Origin: a bacterium
GTDB taxonomy: Bacteria > UBA8248 > JACPRG01 > G963555815
Length of the DNA: 64,000 bases
NCBI GenBank assembly: GCA_965218795.1
Contig: OZ244653.1
Span: forward strand, 1,216,001 to 1,280,000
Reading direction: 5' to 3'
Within the stretch, counting starts at the first letter, position 1. Each line of letters begins with the position of its first letter. Shown in pieces: positions 40,566 to 50,222 of the stretch. Position numbers and translations under genes: made by a program. Below the pieces are notes generated by a model. The model searched no databases, was not told the DNA's origin, and saw only the letters and a list, made by a program, of their open reading frames with translations.

Positions 40566-41726
40566 TTACGGTTTGTTAATGCGGACCGCTCGAAGAATCT
40601 CCGGCTTGCCACTGACATTCTTTGTCATGTAGTAGTCAAAACCGTAAGCCTGATGGCTGAACGACGGATTATCGTTAGCAGTGAATTGGAAGTTTCCGAC
40701 CAAGCTGTCGTAATTGGTCTTCTCCAAGGCGTCGCGCAGTGCCGTGCGGTCTGCGCTGCCCGCCCGCTTCAGTGCCTGTGCGATGATGTTGACCACCGTA
40801 TGACCTGCCGCACTGTACTTGGTCGGGTCTTCTTTATGCCGGCCCTTGTACTTCTTCACGAAGGCGCGGTTCCTGGCGCTGTCTATCGTATGGACATACT
40901 CGACAAAGCCAACCACACCGTCGCCAGCTTGGCCCGCACCGCGGAAAAACGGCGCGGTCGTCCAAGCTCCCTCACCCATGATCCGCGCCTTGAGGCCGAC
41001 TTCCCTGGACTGCTTGGAGATGGCGATGCAGTGCGGGGTGTAGCAGGCGGTGATGATGGTGTCTGCCCCGGCGGAACGGGCTTTGGTGAGGTACGTCGAT
41101 AGGTCCTTGTCTTTCCGGTCAAAAATCAGGGTCTCCACCACTTTATTGCCGCTCTTCTTGAGTTGCGCGCCAAACTCACCGGCCACGCCGCGGCCCCAGT
41201 CATCGTTGATCACGACGAATGCCGCACGCTTGACACCCATCTTGACCAATTCGGGCGTGAGGGCCGAGGCGTACATCGCTGAGGTCCCTTGCGCACGGAA
41301 GAACCAGTCGGTGGATTCACGGGTCAACTTCGGCGAAGTGGAAACCCCCGTGATTTGCGGGACTCTGTACTGGGCCGTCACAGGCTTGATGGCGCCGGAA
41401 GAAGAGGAACAGTATCCGCCGAAAACGATCGGAACTTTGTCTCGGACGATGAGCTTTTCAGCCGCGTTCACTCCCTTGGGCGGAACGCACTGCCCATCCT
41501 CGGGCACCAACTCCAACTTTTTCCCCAGCACGCCGCCAGCGGCGTTGATCACCTCAACGGCCATCCGTGCGCCGTTGAGCAGGGTGTTCCCGCCAAAAGA
41601 CACCGGACCGGTCAACGGCTGCACCAAGCCAATCTTGATGGTTTCAGCTGTTGCAACTCCGCCCATGAGCGCCCCGCCCACTATCAGGGCGATGGCGAAT
41701 ACCATGATTCTCCTGAATACCTTCAT
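40566..41726 (-). CDS. Liv-type ABC substrate-binding protein
   Basis: Signal peptide, IKIGLVQPLTG, INAAGGVLGKKL, GGYCSS, DDWGRG; AGGAGG SD before ATG 41726. Confidence 0.9.
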   Translation of the reverse strand: MKVFRRIMVFAIALIVGGALMGGVATAETIKIGLVQPLTGPVSFGGNTLLNGARMAVEVINAAGGVLGKKLELVPEDGQCVPPKGVNAAEKLIVRDKVPIVFGGYCSSSSGAIKPVTAQYRVPQITGVSTSPKLTRESTDWFFRAQGTSAMYASALTPELVKMGVKRAAFVVINDDWGRGVAGEFGAQLKKSGNKVVETLIFDRKDKDLSTYLTKARSAGADTIITACYTPHCIAISKQSREVGLKARIMGEGAWTTAPFFRGAGQAGDGVVGFVEYVHTIDSARNRAFVKKYKGRHKEDPTKYSAAGHTVVNIIAQALKRAGSADRTALRDALEKTNYDSLVGNFQFTANDNPSFSHQAYGFDYYMTKNVSGKPEILRAVRINKP

Positions 41727-41853
41727 TGACAGCCCTCCTTCTTGATGATTGACGTTCCGCGTAAGGTCTTGGCGGTCCAGGGGGAAACACAAAGCCCGCC
41801 TGTTACCGCCCACTTCCACCATTCATAAAAGTCGGCATTTCAGAATGTTGGAC

Positions 41854-41882
41854 ACTCTAACGGAAGGGCCGCAGCCTGTCAA
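41854..41882 (-). promoter_or_regulatory. sigma70-like promoter for the liv operon
   Basis: TTGACA-17 nt-TAGAGT on the minus strand. Confidence 0.55.
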
Positions 41883-41938
41883 CCGAAACTCGCCGCTCTC
41901 GTTGAAGAATCGGCACCGGCGATGAAAGGAAGCAAAAC

Positions 41939-43984
41939 CTACGAGAACTGGATGATCAAGTTGCCCATGGGATCAACCCGGGCAAACTGCCCCGGCGGAA
42001 CGATCGTCGTCCCCCCCAATTCCGAGATGACCGCCGGGCCGTCCACCTGATCGCCTTGGAACAAATCGTCTCGATGAACGTAAGCCGTCTCCGTTTCCTC
42101 CCCGCCGATGTAAGCCGTTCGCAGTTCCGGAGCAAGAGGGCTTCCGGACTCCCGGACCGGAAGTTTCTGAAACGCCGGCTTCGCAGTCCGGCTTCGCACG
42201 ATGACGCGAAGATTGACGATCTCGATCTCCCGCTCGGGGTTCGCAAAAGTATAGAGTTCGGTGTACTGACGGACGAAATCATCGTTGATTGCGGCAAGGC
42301 CGCTCTCCGCGACGTTCCGGTCAGGAAGAACAACCTCCAAAGTGAAAGCCTGCCCCCGGTAACGGACATCCACGCTTCGCCGGATCTCCAATTCAGGGTT
42401 ACGGCTCTCCAACCCCAACAGGTTCAGGCTCTCGCTTTCCATCCGGTCGAGTGCTGAACTCATGCGATGAACGTCGGCGGAGAGCGTCGGCGTCAGAAAA
42501 GTTTGCGACCGCTCCTGAACCGGATCGGAAAGAAGCGTCCCCAAGGCGGACAGAAGCCCGGGGTGCCGGGGGACCAAGACGGTCGGAATTTTGAGCTCGT
42601 GCGCGATATCCGCCGCGTGCAGGGGGCCTGCCCCGCCGTACGCAACCAGCAGAATTTCCCGTGGGTCGATTCCCCGCTCCACCGACATGACCTGGATGGC
42701 CCGGGACATGGCGGCGTTTGCGATATCCACGATTCCCCGGGCCGCCTTGATGACATCGATCCCGAGAGGCTTCGCTACCTCCTGCTCGACGGCGCGCCGG
42801 GCGGCCTCCAGATCCAGGCGCATCCCTTCACCCATCGGGACCTCAACATCGATCCGCCCCAGGATGAGATTGGCATCCGTGACCGTGGGCCGTTTTCCCC
42901 CGCGCCCGTAACACGCCGGTCCGGGGTCGGCCCCCGCGCTCTCCGGCCCAACCCGCAACAGGCCGCCCGCATCGATCCAGGCCAGTGAGCCGCCCCCCGC
43001 TCCGATCGAGTGGACATCCACCATCGGAAGGCGCACCGGATAGCCGGCGATCCGTGTCTCCAGGACCTTCGCCGGAACCCCACCCAAGACCAGCCCGACG
43101 TCGCATGAAGTGCCGCCCATATCCATGGTGATGAGCGTGGGGCGTCCAATGGCCGTTCCGACCGCAGCGGCCGCGCTGACGCCCGCCGCCGGACCCGACA
43201 TTGCGCTCTGAATGGGCCGGTGACGGGCCGTTTCGAAGGTCATGAGTCCGCCCGCCGAATGCGTCATCATCAGTTGGGCGTCCGGCTGAAGAACGTCGCC
43301 GAGCCCCTCGGAGAATGACTTCAGATACCGGTCCATGACGGGTATGAGCGAGGCGTTGAGAACCGTCAGGCAGAGCCTTTCGTACTCACGATATTCAGAC
43401 AGCACATCGTGGGAGATGGAGACGTCCAACTCAGGGGCGATTTCCTTGATCCAGCCCCGGATCTCGGTTTCCGCATCAGGTGAGGCGTAAGCGTGCAACA
43501 AGACGACCCCAACGGACTTGACGCCTTCGGCAAGAAAATCGCCGACAATCGCGTCCACCTCCTTTGATTTCAGGGGCGAGAGCGTTTTGCCCGTATAGTC
43601 GCTCCGCTGGCTGACCTCGCGGCGGAGGTCCCTTGGAACCAGCGGGGCGGGTTTTTCCTGCAGGAGGTTGTACATCTCATGACGCCGTTCCCGGCCAATC
43701 TCCAGGAGGTCGCGGAACCCCCGATTGGTGATCAGGCCGGTCCGGGCGGTCTTGCCTTCCAGGATGGCATTGAGGGCGGTGGTCGTCCCCTGGGTCAGCG
43801 TGGTGACATTGCCCCCTTCCAGCCCATACTCCCGCAGAGCGCCGCGAAGACCTTCGAGAATCCCGGCGGCAAGATCATCAGGCCGGGTGAGAACTTTGTG
43901 GATGTAGAACGCGCCGGACTGCTCATCGAAGAGGATAATATCGGTAAACGTCCCGCCGACATCCACGCCAATCCGTACGCTCAA
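41939..43984 (-). CDS. hydantoinase/oxoprolinase subunit A
   Basis: IGVDVGGTFTD, SGPAAG, DMGGTS, SIGAGGGS, GPESAGADPGPACY; TTG start overlaps subunit B stop. Confidence 0.92.
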   Translation of the reverse strand: MSVRIGVDVGGTFTDIILFDEQSGAFYIHKVLTRPDDLAAGILEGLRGALREYGLEGGNVTTLTQGTTTALNAILEGKTARTGLITNRGFRDLLEIGRERRHEMYNLLQEKPAPLVPRDLRREVSQRSDYTGKTLSPLKSKEVDAIVGDFLAEGVKSVGVVLLHAYASPDAETEIRGWIKEIAPELDVSISHDVLSEYREYERLCLTVLNASLIPVMDRYLKSFSEGLGDVLQPDAQLMMTHSAGGLMTFETARHRPIQSAMSGPAAGVSAAAAVGTAIGRPTLITMDMGGTSCDVGLVLGGVPAKVLETRIAGYPVRLPMVDVHSIGAGGGSLAWIDAGGLLRVGPESAGADPGPACYGRGGKRPTVTDANLILGRIDVEVPMGEGMRLDLEAARRAVEQEVAKPLGIDVIKAARGIVDIANAAMSRAIQVMSVERGIDPREILLVAYGGAGPLHAADIAHELKIPTVLVPRHPGLLSALGTLLSDPVQERSQTFLTPTLSADVHRMSSALDRMESESLNLLGLESRNPELEIRRSVDVRYRGQAFTLEVVLPDRNVAESGLAAINDDFVRQYTELYTFANPEREIEIVNLRVIVRSRTAKPAFQKLPVRESGSPLAPELRTAYIGGEETETAYVHRDDLFQGDQVDGPAVISELGGTTIVPPGQFARVDPMGNLIIQFS

Positions 43985-45660
43985 GGCGCGTCCCCTCCCC
44001 GATGTCCGGGAAATTTTCGAGAAGCACCTTCGGGTGTCAGGTATCCGGCCTTCAGATCTCTCTGGATGGCGGCGGGATCCCGGTTCTCCGGCGGCCCGTA
44101 CCCGCCGCCGGCCGTGGTTTCGATCACCATGGTTTCGTCCGCGCTGGCGTACGTCGTCGATTTCGAGCGCAGCTCCCGCTCGCCCCCATCCTTTTTGATA
44201 GCGTAACATCCATTGCGTCCCGGCTGTCCTTCGAAGATCCCCCACGGCGGCGTTCGAACCCGGTCGGCCAGGACGGTAATCGTCTGATCCGTCAGGAGGC
44301 GGTAGATTTTTCGCGCTCCGAGCCCGCCCATCCACTCTCCCGCCCCGCCGGAATCGGCCATGAGCTCGTAGCATTCCACACGCAGGGGGAACTCCGCCTC
44401 GACCACCTCGATGGGGTTGTTGGGGGTGTTGGAGATGTTGTTTCGAACGCCCTTGAGGCCGTCGTGGCCCTTGCGGCCGCCGCCGCCGCCGGAGTTCTGC
44501 TCGAGGATCACGAAAGGATGATTGCGAATGGAATCGAACCCGCCGAAGGTGACGCAATTGAAAGTCCCGCTGCCGGCCGCGCTCATCCGATTCGGCGCGA
44601 ACTGGGAAAAGCATCCGATCAGCGTGTCGACGATTCGCTGGGAGGTCTCGAGACTTCCGCCGCCGACCGCCGCGGGCGGCTGGGCGTTCACGATGGTCCC
44701 CGGCGGCGCCACGATTTCGACCGACCGAAAGACCCCGGAGTTGGTGGGGATGTTCGGGTCGATGAGGCACTTCAACGTGAAGTACGTGGCGGAATGCGTT
44801 ACGGAGAGAACGCCGTTGACCGGACCCTGCCGCTGGGTGGCGGTCCCCGTAAAGTCGACCTTCATATCCTCCCCGTCGATATCGACGCGAACCCGGATGG
44901 GGAGCGGGTCGTCGCTGTTGCCGTCGTCGTCCAGAGCGTCCTCGAACGAGTAGGTGCCGTCGGGAAGCTTGCCGATCTCCTGTCGGGTCCGGCGGTAGGA
45001 ATAATCGATGATGGCGGCCATCAGCTCTTTGAGCTCTTCCTTCCCGAACTTTTTGGCCAGCTCTTCGAACCGCTGTTCCCCCACGCGATTGGCCGCAAGC
45101 TGCGCCCTGAGATCGCCCCGGATGTCGTCCGGCACTCGAACATTGGAAAGGATGAGTTCCAGCAGATCCTCGCGGACGACCCCTTCTTCCACCATCTTCA
45201 TCGGCGGAAGCCGGAGACCTTCCTCGACGACACTCTTCGCGTCGCCCGCCAAGCTCCCCGGAGCGCGGCCTCCCACATCCGTCCAATGGGCGATCACCGC
45301 ACAATACGCCATGATCTCCCCGTCGATGAAGATGGGCATGATGGTCGTGATATCGGGCAGGTGAGAACCGCCGATGAACGGGTCATTATGAATCGTGATG
45401 TCCCCCGGGCGCAGGTTCTCGGCACCGACCCGGAGGATTGCGTTCCGCACGGCATGCACGAGGAGACCCAGGTGGGACGGTAAGTGGTCCGCCTGGGCCA
45501 CCATCTCCAAATCCGGTGTAAAGAAGGCGCAGGAGCGGTCGTCGCGCTCCTTGATGATGGTGGAGAAGGCCGCTCGCTTCATCTTCATCCCCATCTCTTC
45601 GGCGATTCCGATGATGCTCTGGCGAAACACCTCCATTCGGATCGGATCGACGGCCATCAC
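43981..45660 (-). CDS. hydantoinase B/oxoprolinase family protein
   Basis: EEMG...AAFSTIIKERDD.S, HNDPFIGGSHLPD, HWTDVGG, DSGGAGEWMGG, AGGGYG. Confidence 0.92.
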   Translation of the reverse strand: MMAVDPIRMEVFRQSIIGIAEEMGMKMKRAAFSTIIKERDDRSCAFFTPDLEMVAQADHLPSHLGLLVHAVRNAILRVGAENLRPGDITIHNDPFIGGSHLPDITTIMPIFIDGEIMAYCAVIAHWTDVGGRAPGSLAGDAKSVVEEGLRLPPMKMVEEGVVREDLLELILSNVRVPDDIRGDLRAQLAANRVGEQRFEELAKKFGKEELKELMAAIIDYSYRRTRQEIGKLPDGTYSFEDALDDDGNSDDPLPIRVRVDIDGEDMKVDFTGTATQRQGPVNGVLSVTHSATYFTLKCLIDPNIPTNSGVFRSVEIVAPPGTIVNAQPPAAVGGGSLETSQRIVDTLIGCFSQFAPNRMSAAGSGTFNCVTFGGFDSIRNHPFVILEQNSGGGGGRKGHDGLKGVRNNISNTPNNPIEVVEAEFPLRVECYELMADSGGAGEWMGGLGARKIYRLLTDQTITVLADRVRTPPWGIFEGQPGRNGCYAIKKDGGERELRSKSTTYASADETMVIETTAGGGYGPPENRDPAAIQRDLKAGYLTPEGASRKFPGHRGGDAP

Positions 45661-45708
45661 AACCTCCGGAAGGTCAGCCCCCCTGTCTCGACTGAGGCGC
45701 TGTGAGGT

Positions 45709-46701
45709 CTACGCATCCTTGTACTTTTCGACGATGTGCTTCTTGATGAGATCCAGCTGATCGATCTCATCGGTAATCGGGTTGAGGATAAGGTACTGTG
45801 TTCCCAGCTTGACGTATTCGTCCAGTCGTTCGTGAACATCGTCCAGGGTCCCGAACAGGTACGACTCCATCAAGTGATCCAGGCCCCGGTGCGTCCCCAT
45901 CATGACCTCGAAATGTTTCTTCTGAATTCCGTGACAATGGTCCCGGTCGGCATCATCCACGAGATGAAGAAACTGACTGGCCACGTATTTCATGGTGTCG
46001 GGGTCGCGTCCGTTTTCTTTCAAATACTCCTTCACGATCCGGTAATCATCGACAATGTCTTCCGCGCCGCTTCCGCTGGACCGGACAATCCATGCGTCCG
46101 CGCCCAGAATCCGTTTGAGAACGCCGGGTTGAATCACCGTCGACTCGGGCGCGCCCGGGGCATGACTGGCGGCCCCGCCGGCCACCCAGACTTCAGGCAT
46201 CTTCGGGGGCAACGGATCGAAATCGACATCCTCGAAACTGTAATACTTTCCCTGATACGAGCACCGCCCCTCGGTCAAAAGCTTGCGGGTGGCCTCGAGC
46301 ACCTCGTCCGTCCTGGGTCCGCGCTGGGAGAGCTTGACGCCCGCCACCTCGTATTCCTTGGGATCCCACCCGGCCCCGACGCCGTAGATGTACCGGCCGC
46401 CCGAGAGGAAATCGAGCGAGGCGACCTCCTTGGCCAGCAAGACCGGATGCCGATACGGCAACACCAGAATCGCGGTTCCGAGCTTGATGGTCTTGGTGCA
46501 ACCGGCTACAAAAGCCAGGGTGACCAGAGGGTCCAGCCAGGAAACCGCATAGATCATGGGGGTCTTCAAATAATGGTCGATCACCCAGCAACAATCGAAG
46601 CCCAATTCCTCACAGCGTTGAACGTAGTCACGGAGCTTGGCCGACCTCTCGTGGGTCAGGTTCGGCCAAACGATGGACGGAATTCTGATTCCGAATTGCA
46701 T
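45709..46701 (-). CDS. LLM-class flavin/F420-dependent oxidoreductase
   Basis: WVIDH, DPLVTLAFVAGCT, RHPVLLAKEVASLDFLSGGR. Confidence 0.9.
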   Translation of the reverse strand: MQFGIRIPSIVWPNLTHERSAKLRDYVQRCEELGFDCCWVIDHYLKTPMIYAVSWLDPLVTLAFVAGCTKTIKLGTAILVLPYRHPVLLAKEVASLDFLSGGRYIYGVGAGWDPKEYEVAGVKLSQRGPRTDEVLEATRKLLTEGRCSYQGKYYSFEDVDFDPLPPKMPEVWVAGGAASHAPGAPESTVIQPGVLKRILGADAWIVRSSGSGAEDIVDDYRIVKEYLKENGRDPDTMKYVASQFLHLVDDADRDHCHGIQKKHFEVMMGTHRGLDHLMESYLFGTLDDVHERLDEYVKLGTQYLILNPITDEIDQLDLIKKHIVEKYKDA

Positions 46702-46819
46702 GTTCCATACTCCCCATCGTTGTGAACCAATTCGAAAAGGTGGACGGATTTCAAGATTGCTCAAACACGCGAGCAAAATGTGAAGGCCCGTCCGATTGAA
46801 ACCTCCGGTCCGAGGATGG

Positions 46820-47164
46820 TCAACCGGGGGGCCAGTGAAAGGTACGACCTCCCAGCAAATGAAGATGGAGATGGAAAACGGTCTGGCCGGCCGCCTCATT
46901 GCAGTTGAACAACACTCGGAACCCATCAGTCAGGGTCCGTTCCCTGGCAATCTCAACCGCTTTCAAATGAAGGTGGCCCACGAGGTCTGCCTCATCGGGC
47001 TCCAGATCCAGCAGGGTCGGGATGTGCTTCTTGGGAATGATCAGGACGTGTGTCGGGGCTTGGGGATTGATGTCCTCGATGGCAATGCAACGTTCGTCTT
47101 CATGGACGCGGGTTGACGGGATCGACCCTTCGATAATCTTACAGAACAGACAATCTTCCGCCAT
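46820..47164 (-). CDS. histidine triad (HIT/HinT) protein
   Basis: DCLFCKI, DINPQAPTH, GQTVFHLHLHLLGG, WPPG. Confidence 0.95.
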   Translation of the reverse strand: MAEDCLFCKIIEGSIPSTRVHEDERCIAIEDINPQAPTHVLIIPKKHIPTLLDLEPDEADLVGHLHLKAVEIARERTLTDGFRVLFNCNEAAGQTVFHLHLHLLGGRTFHWPPG

Positions 47165-47293
47165 GGGCTCATCCTTATTTCAGGAACCGCGTGAACCAGC
47201 AGAAAGAAATACGTCAGGGCAAGATAGCAGATGCGATTCGGCGGGGTAAAGCGGTGCTGGCTTGGCGGTTCTTCAACCGAAGGCGATTTCCCC

Positions 47294-47716
47294 TTAGAAG
47301 TTGAAATCCTCCGCGGCGTAATCTTCGAAGTTGGAAACCGGCGGATACTTCTTAATCTCGACGGTGTTCCCATCGGGATCATAAAAGTACGTCGCAAACC
47401 CGACCCCTTTGGCGCCTTCATTATTTTCCTGCATCATGACCCGGATATCATTCTCTTTCAGCCGGTCCAAGAGGGCGTCATAATCGGCCGACTCGATGCA
47501 GAAGGCCAAGTGATGGACGCCCGAGCGGGGGTGTCTTGGCTTTTCCTCATATTGATCGGGTCCGTGGAAGATCACGAGCAACCCATCGCCGATTCGAAAA
47601 ACGGCCTGTGTCTCCCTCCTGCTGACTTCCTCGAAACCCATGACGTTTCGATAAAACCGGACGGCTCGATCCAGGTCCGGGCTGGCCAGGCTGACGTGGT
47701 CGAAACTGACGGTCAT
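47294..47716 (-). CDS. VOC/glyoxalase family protein
   Basis: FDHVSL, HHLAF, YFYDPDGNTVE. Confidence 0.9.
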   Translation of the reverse strand: MTVSFDHVSLASPDLDRAVRFYRNVMGFEEVSRRETQAVFRIGDGLLVIFHGPDQYEEKPRHPRSGVHHLAFCIESADYDALLDRLKENDIRVMMQENNEGAKGVGFATYFYDPDGNTVEIKKYPPVSNFEDYAAEDFNF

Positions 47717-47813
47717 CGGAATCCTCCCGATCATTTCCTGCGAATCCGCAACCCTTGGGACTTCACCTGACTCAAAACCCAAACGGGTTCAAAAACCTCA
47801 ACTCGGCACTCCA

Positions 47814-47829
47814 GGGGACGACCGTCCCC
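47814..47829 (-). promoter_or_regulatory. putative SECIS hairpin for the C-terminal Sec of the UXX-star gene
   Basis: Minus strand GGGGAC-GGTC-GTCCCC starting 11 nt after TGA 47843-47841. Confidence 0.7.
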
Positions 47830-47831
47830 GC

Positions 47832-48059
47832 TCAGACGCCTCAGTAGCCCCCATCGTGTCCGATGGTCACTTCGCCCCCGTCGACGACTACGGGCACGTG
47901 GCGTTTCCCCCCCGAGAATTTCAACATCCGATCAAGGGCTTCCTGATGCTGCTGGACGTCGAAATATTGGACACCCCTGGAGGATTCTTCATAAGCCTCA
48001 CGGGCCGCTTGGGTGAATCCTCACCCGGCCTTTCCGAAAATCAGAACATCATCCGCCAT
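47832..48059 (-). CDS. UXX-star glutaredoxin-like selenoprotein candidate, 75 aa, two Sec
   Basis: Not in ORF track. MADDVLIFGKAG-U-GFTQAAREAY...VQYFDV...RMLKFSGGKRHVPVVVDGGEVTIGHDGGY-U-GV-stop; TGA at codons 13 and 73. Confidence 0.85.
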
Positions 48060-48159
48060 CGGCTCTTTCCCCCTATCGAATTTTCAAGGCAGCCAGGTTT
48101 CCTTGACCGACGCACCCGGCGGGTTTGGGCAGTCGGCCAGGCCGCTTCACCGAACCATC

Positions 48160-48304
48160 GATCACATCTCAACGACCCCCTTCATCGCCCCTCCCTCTTG
48201 TGGCAGGCCCGCACCCGGCACAGGACTTCCCCCGGACGCGCCTCGGGCGTCTCGACATCCTGTAAGCGAATCTGATTTGGAGTCTCGCAAACGGCTGCCG
48301 GCAT
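48160..48304 (-). pseudogene. zinc-binding dehydrogenase remnant (internal deletion)
   Basis: MPAAVCETPNQIRLQDVETPEARPGEVLCRVRAC joined to a C-terminus-like GAMKGVVEM. Confidence 0.5.
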
Positions 48305-48360
48305 ACGAAATTCACCTTTCTCGGCTTTCCCCGCCCGGCTGCGATTTGATACATTAAATC

Positions 48361-49531
48361 TAGTGTTTCGTCTCAAGAATAAGTAGGCAAAAGTCATGTT
48401 TGTGCATAGGTTTCCTGATCACCCCTTTTTCAAGGAGGAACCTATGCCACGGGGACGCCCGCTGAAAGCTTTGGAGTTGAGCGATGATGCTCGACAGCAA
48501 TTGGAGTCTATGGCCCATTCCCGCAGCCTACCCCATGGGCTGGTGCGCCGTGCCCAGATTGTCTTGTTGGCCGCCGATGGCAAGCCCAATCGTGCGGTTG
48601 GCGAGGCGCTTGGCGTGAATCGTGCCACCGTGGGAAAATGGCGCCAGCGGTATCTCGACCGCGGCCTGATCGGCCTGTATGACGAATTGCGGCCTGGAGC
48701 GCCGCGATCGATTGAGGATGAGCAAGTGGCCGAGGTCGTATACAAGACACTCAAAGAGCGTCCCAACGAGGCGACCCAGTGGACGGTGCGTTCCATGGCG
48801 CAGGCGACGGGTGTATCCAAAGATACGGTGCATCGCATCTGGCGTGCCTTCGGGTTGCAGCCCCATCGACAAGCGCACTTCAAACTCTCCACGGATCCCT
48901 TCTTCGTGGAGAAAGTACGCGACATCGTGGGGTTATACCTGAATCCGCCCGAGCATGCCATGGTGCTGTGCGTGGACGAGAAGAGCCAGGTCCAGGCTCT
49001 GGAACGCACGCAGCCGTTGCTGCCCTTGGGCTTGGGCTATGTGGAAGGGGTCACCCACGACTACAGGCGCCATGGCACAACGACTCTGTTTGCCGCGCTG
49101 GACATCCAGACCGGAGAAGTCATGGCGCAGTGTAAGCCCCGCCATCGTCATCAGGAATTTCTTCAGTTTCTACGCCACATCGAGGAGCAGGTGCCGCCGG
49201 ATTTGGACATTCATTTGGTGATCGACAACTACGCCACCCACAAGCACGCCAAAATCAAGCAATGGTTGGCAAGACACCCACGGTTTCAACTCCACTTCAC
49301 GCCGACGTATGCTTCCTGGCTCAACCAAGTGGAAATCTGGTTTCACATCATCACGCAACGTGCGATTCGACGGGGCTCCTTCAACAAAGTGAAAGAACTG
49401 ATCCGCCGGATTGACCGATTCACCGACCACTGGAACGAAAACGCCCAGCCGTTTGTGTGGACGGCCACGGCCGATTCCATCCTTGCAAAGATCAAACGCC
49501 TTTGTGAAAAAATTTCTGCGACAGTACACTA
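48361..49531 (+). mobile_element. IS630-family insertion sequence, copy 2
   Basis: Same ends and translation as copy 1, offset 17956 nt; CTAG at both boundaries. Confidence 0.95.
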
Positions 49532-49532
49532 G
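48444..49532 (+). CDS. IS630 transposase
   Basis: Protein identical to copy 1. Confidence 0.95.
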   Translation: MPRGRPLKALELSDDARQQLESMAHSRSLPHGLVRRAQIVLLAADGKPNRAVGEALGVNRATVGKWRQRYLDRGLIGLYDELRPGAPRSIEDEQVAEVVYKTLKERPNEATQWTVRSMAQATGVSKDTVHRIWRAFGLQPHRQAHFKLSTDPFFVEKVRDIVGLYLNPPEHAMVLCVDEKSQVQALERTQPLLPLGLGYVEGVTHDYRRHGTTTLFAALDIQTGEVMAQCKPRHRHQEFLQFLRHIEEQVPPDLDIHLVIDNYATHKHAKIKQWLARHPRFQLHFTPTYASWLNQVEIWFHIITQRAIRRGSFNKVKELIRRIDRFTDHWNENAQPFVWTATADSILAKIKRLCEKISATVH

Positions 49533-49718
49533 CATACCGATAAATGGACCCACAAACCGGGGCGATACAGCCCACCGAAACTTGATTCACCTGCGGGTCT
49601 ACGCGCCCGGTCCCAACAGGCTTTGCAAGATGCGCCTTGCGGCAAATTGCGGAACTTCCGCGGGTTCGGTAAGATTTGTACACACGAACCCGCAGTCGAA
49701 CGCCAAGGAGGACGAACT

Positions 49719-50222
49719 TTGAAGGAACATTGCGCGGACTTAGTCATCCAGGGTCTGAAAGAAGCCGATATCAGCGTGGTCTGTGCCCTACCCGAGTCCC
49801 ACTTGAAACAGGTCTATGAGAAGGCCTCCCAGGACCCCGAGCTTCGATATATTCCCGTCACGAACGAAGGGGAAGGCGCTTCCATTGCGGCGGGCGTCTG
49901 GCTCACCGGGAATAAGGCGTGCATGATCATGGAGAATTCCGGCCTCCGCATGGCAACGGAGTCGCTAGCCCGCCTGGGACTCACCCACGGTATCCCCGTC
50001 GTCTTGCTCATGAGTTACCGGGGGGATATGGGCGAGCCCAACTGGTGGGGGATCCCTCACGGGATCACCATGGGACCCCTGCTGGACGCCCTTCGAATTC
50101 CCTACACCGTCGTCCGAAAGGAAGAGGAGATCGTGAAGGCCATCCAGAAGGCGCGGATCTCCGCCGACACATCCAAATACCACACCGCCGTGGTTTTCAG
50201 CGGGGAGGTGATCGAGAATTGA
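49719..50222 (+). CDS. sulfopyruvate/phosphonopyruvate decarboxylase alpha-subunit-like (ComD-like)
   Basis: AAGGAGG SD plus TTG; ALPES, IPVTNEGEGASIAAG, MENSGL, MSYRGDMGE. Confidence 0.82.
   Translation: MKEHCADLVIQGLKEADISVVCALPESHLKQVYEKASQDPELRYIPVTNEGEGASIAAGVWLTGNKACMIMENSGLRMATESLARLGLTHGIPVVLLMSYRGDMGEPNWWGIPHGITMGPLLDALRIPYTVVRKEEEIVKAIQKARISADTSKYHTAVVFSGEVIEN

Noticed and set aside
41939-45304. 1121-aa giant ORF, and similar long extensions of 12838..14397, 13491..15425, 6964..8352
   Set aside because: The extensions overlap other real genes in another frame; true starts are downstream.
30405-49531. Composite transposon bounded by the two IS630 copies
   Set aside because: Both flanks of copy 1 rebuild a single gene, so it inserted independently.
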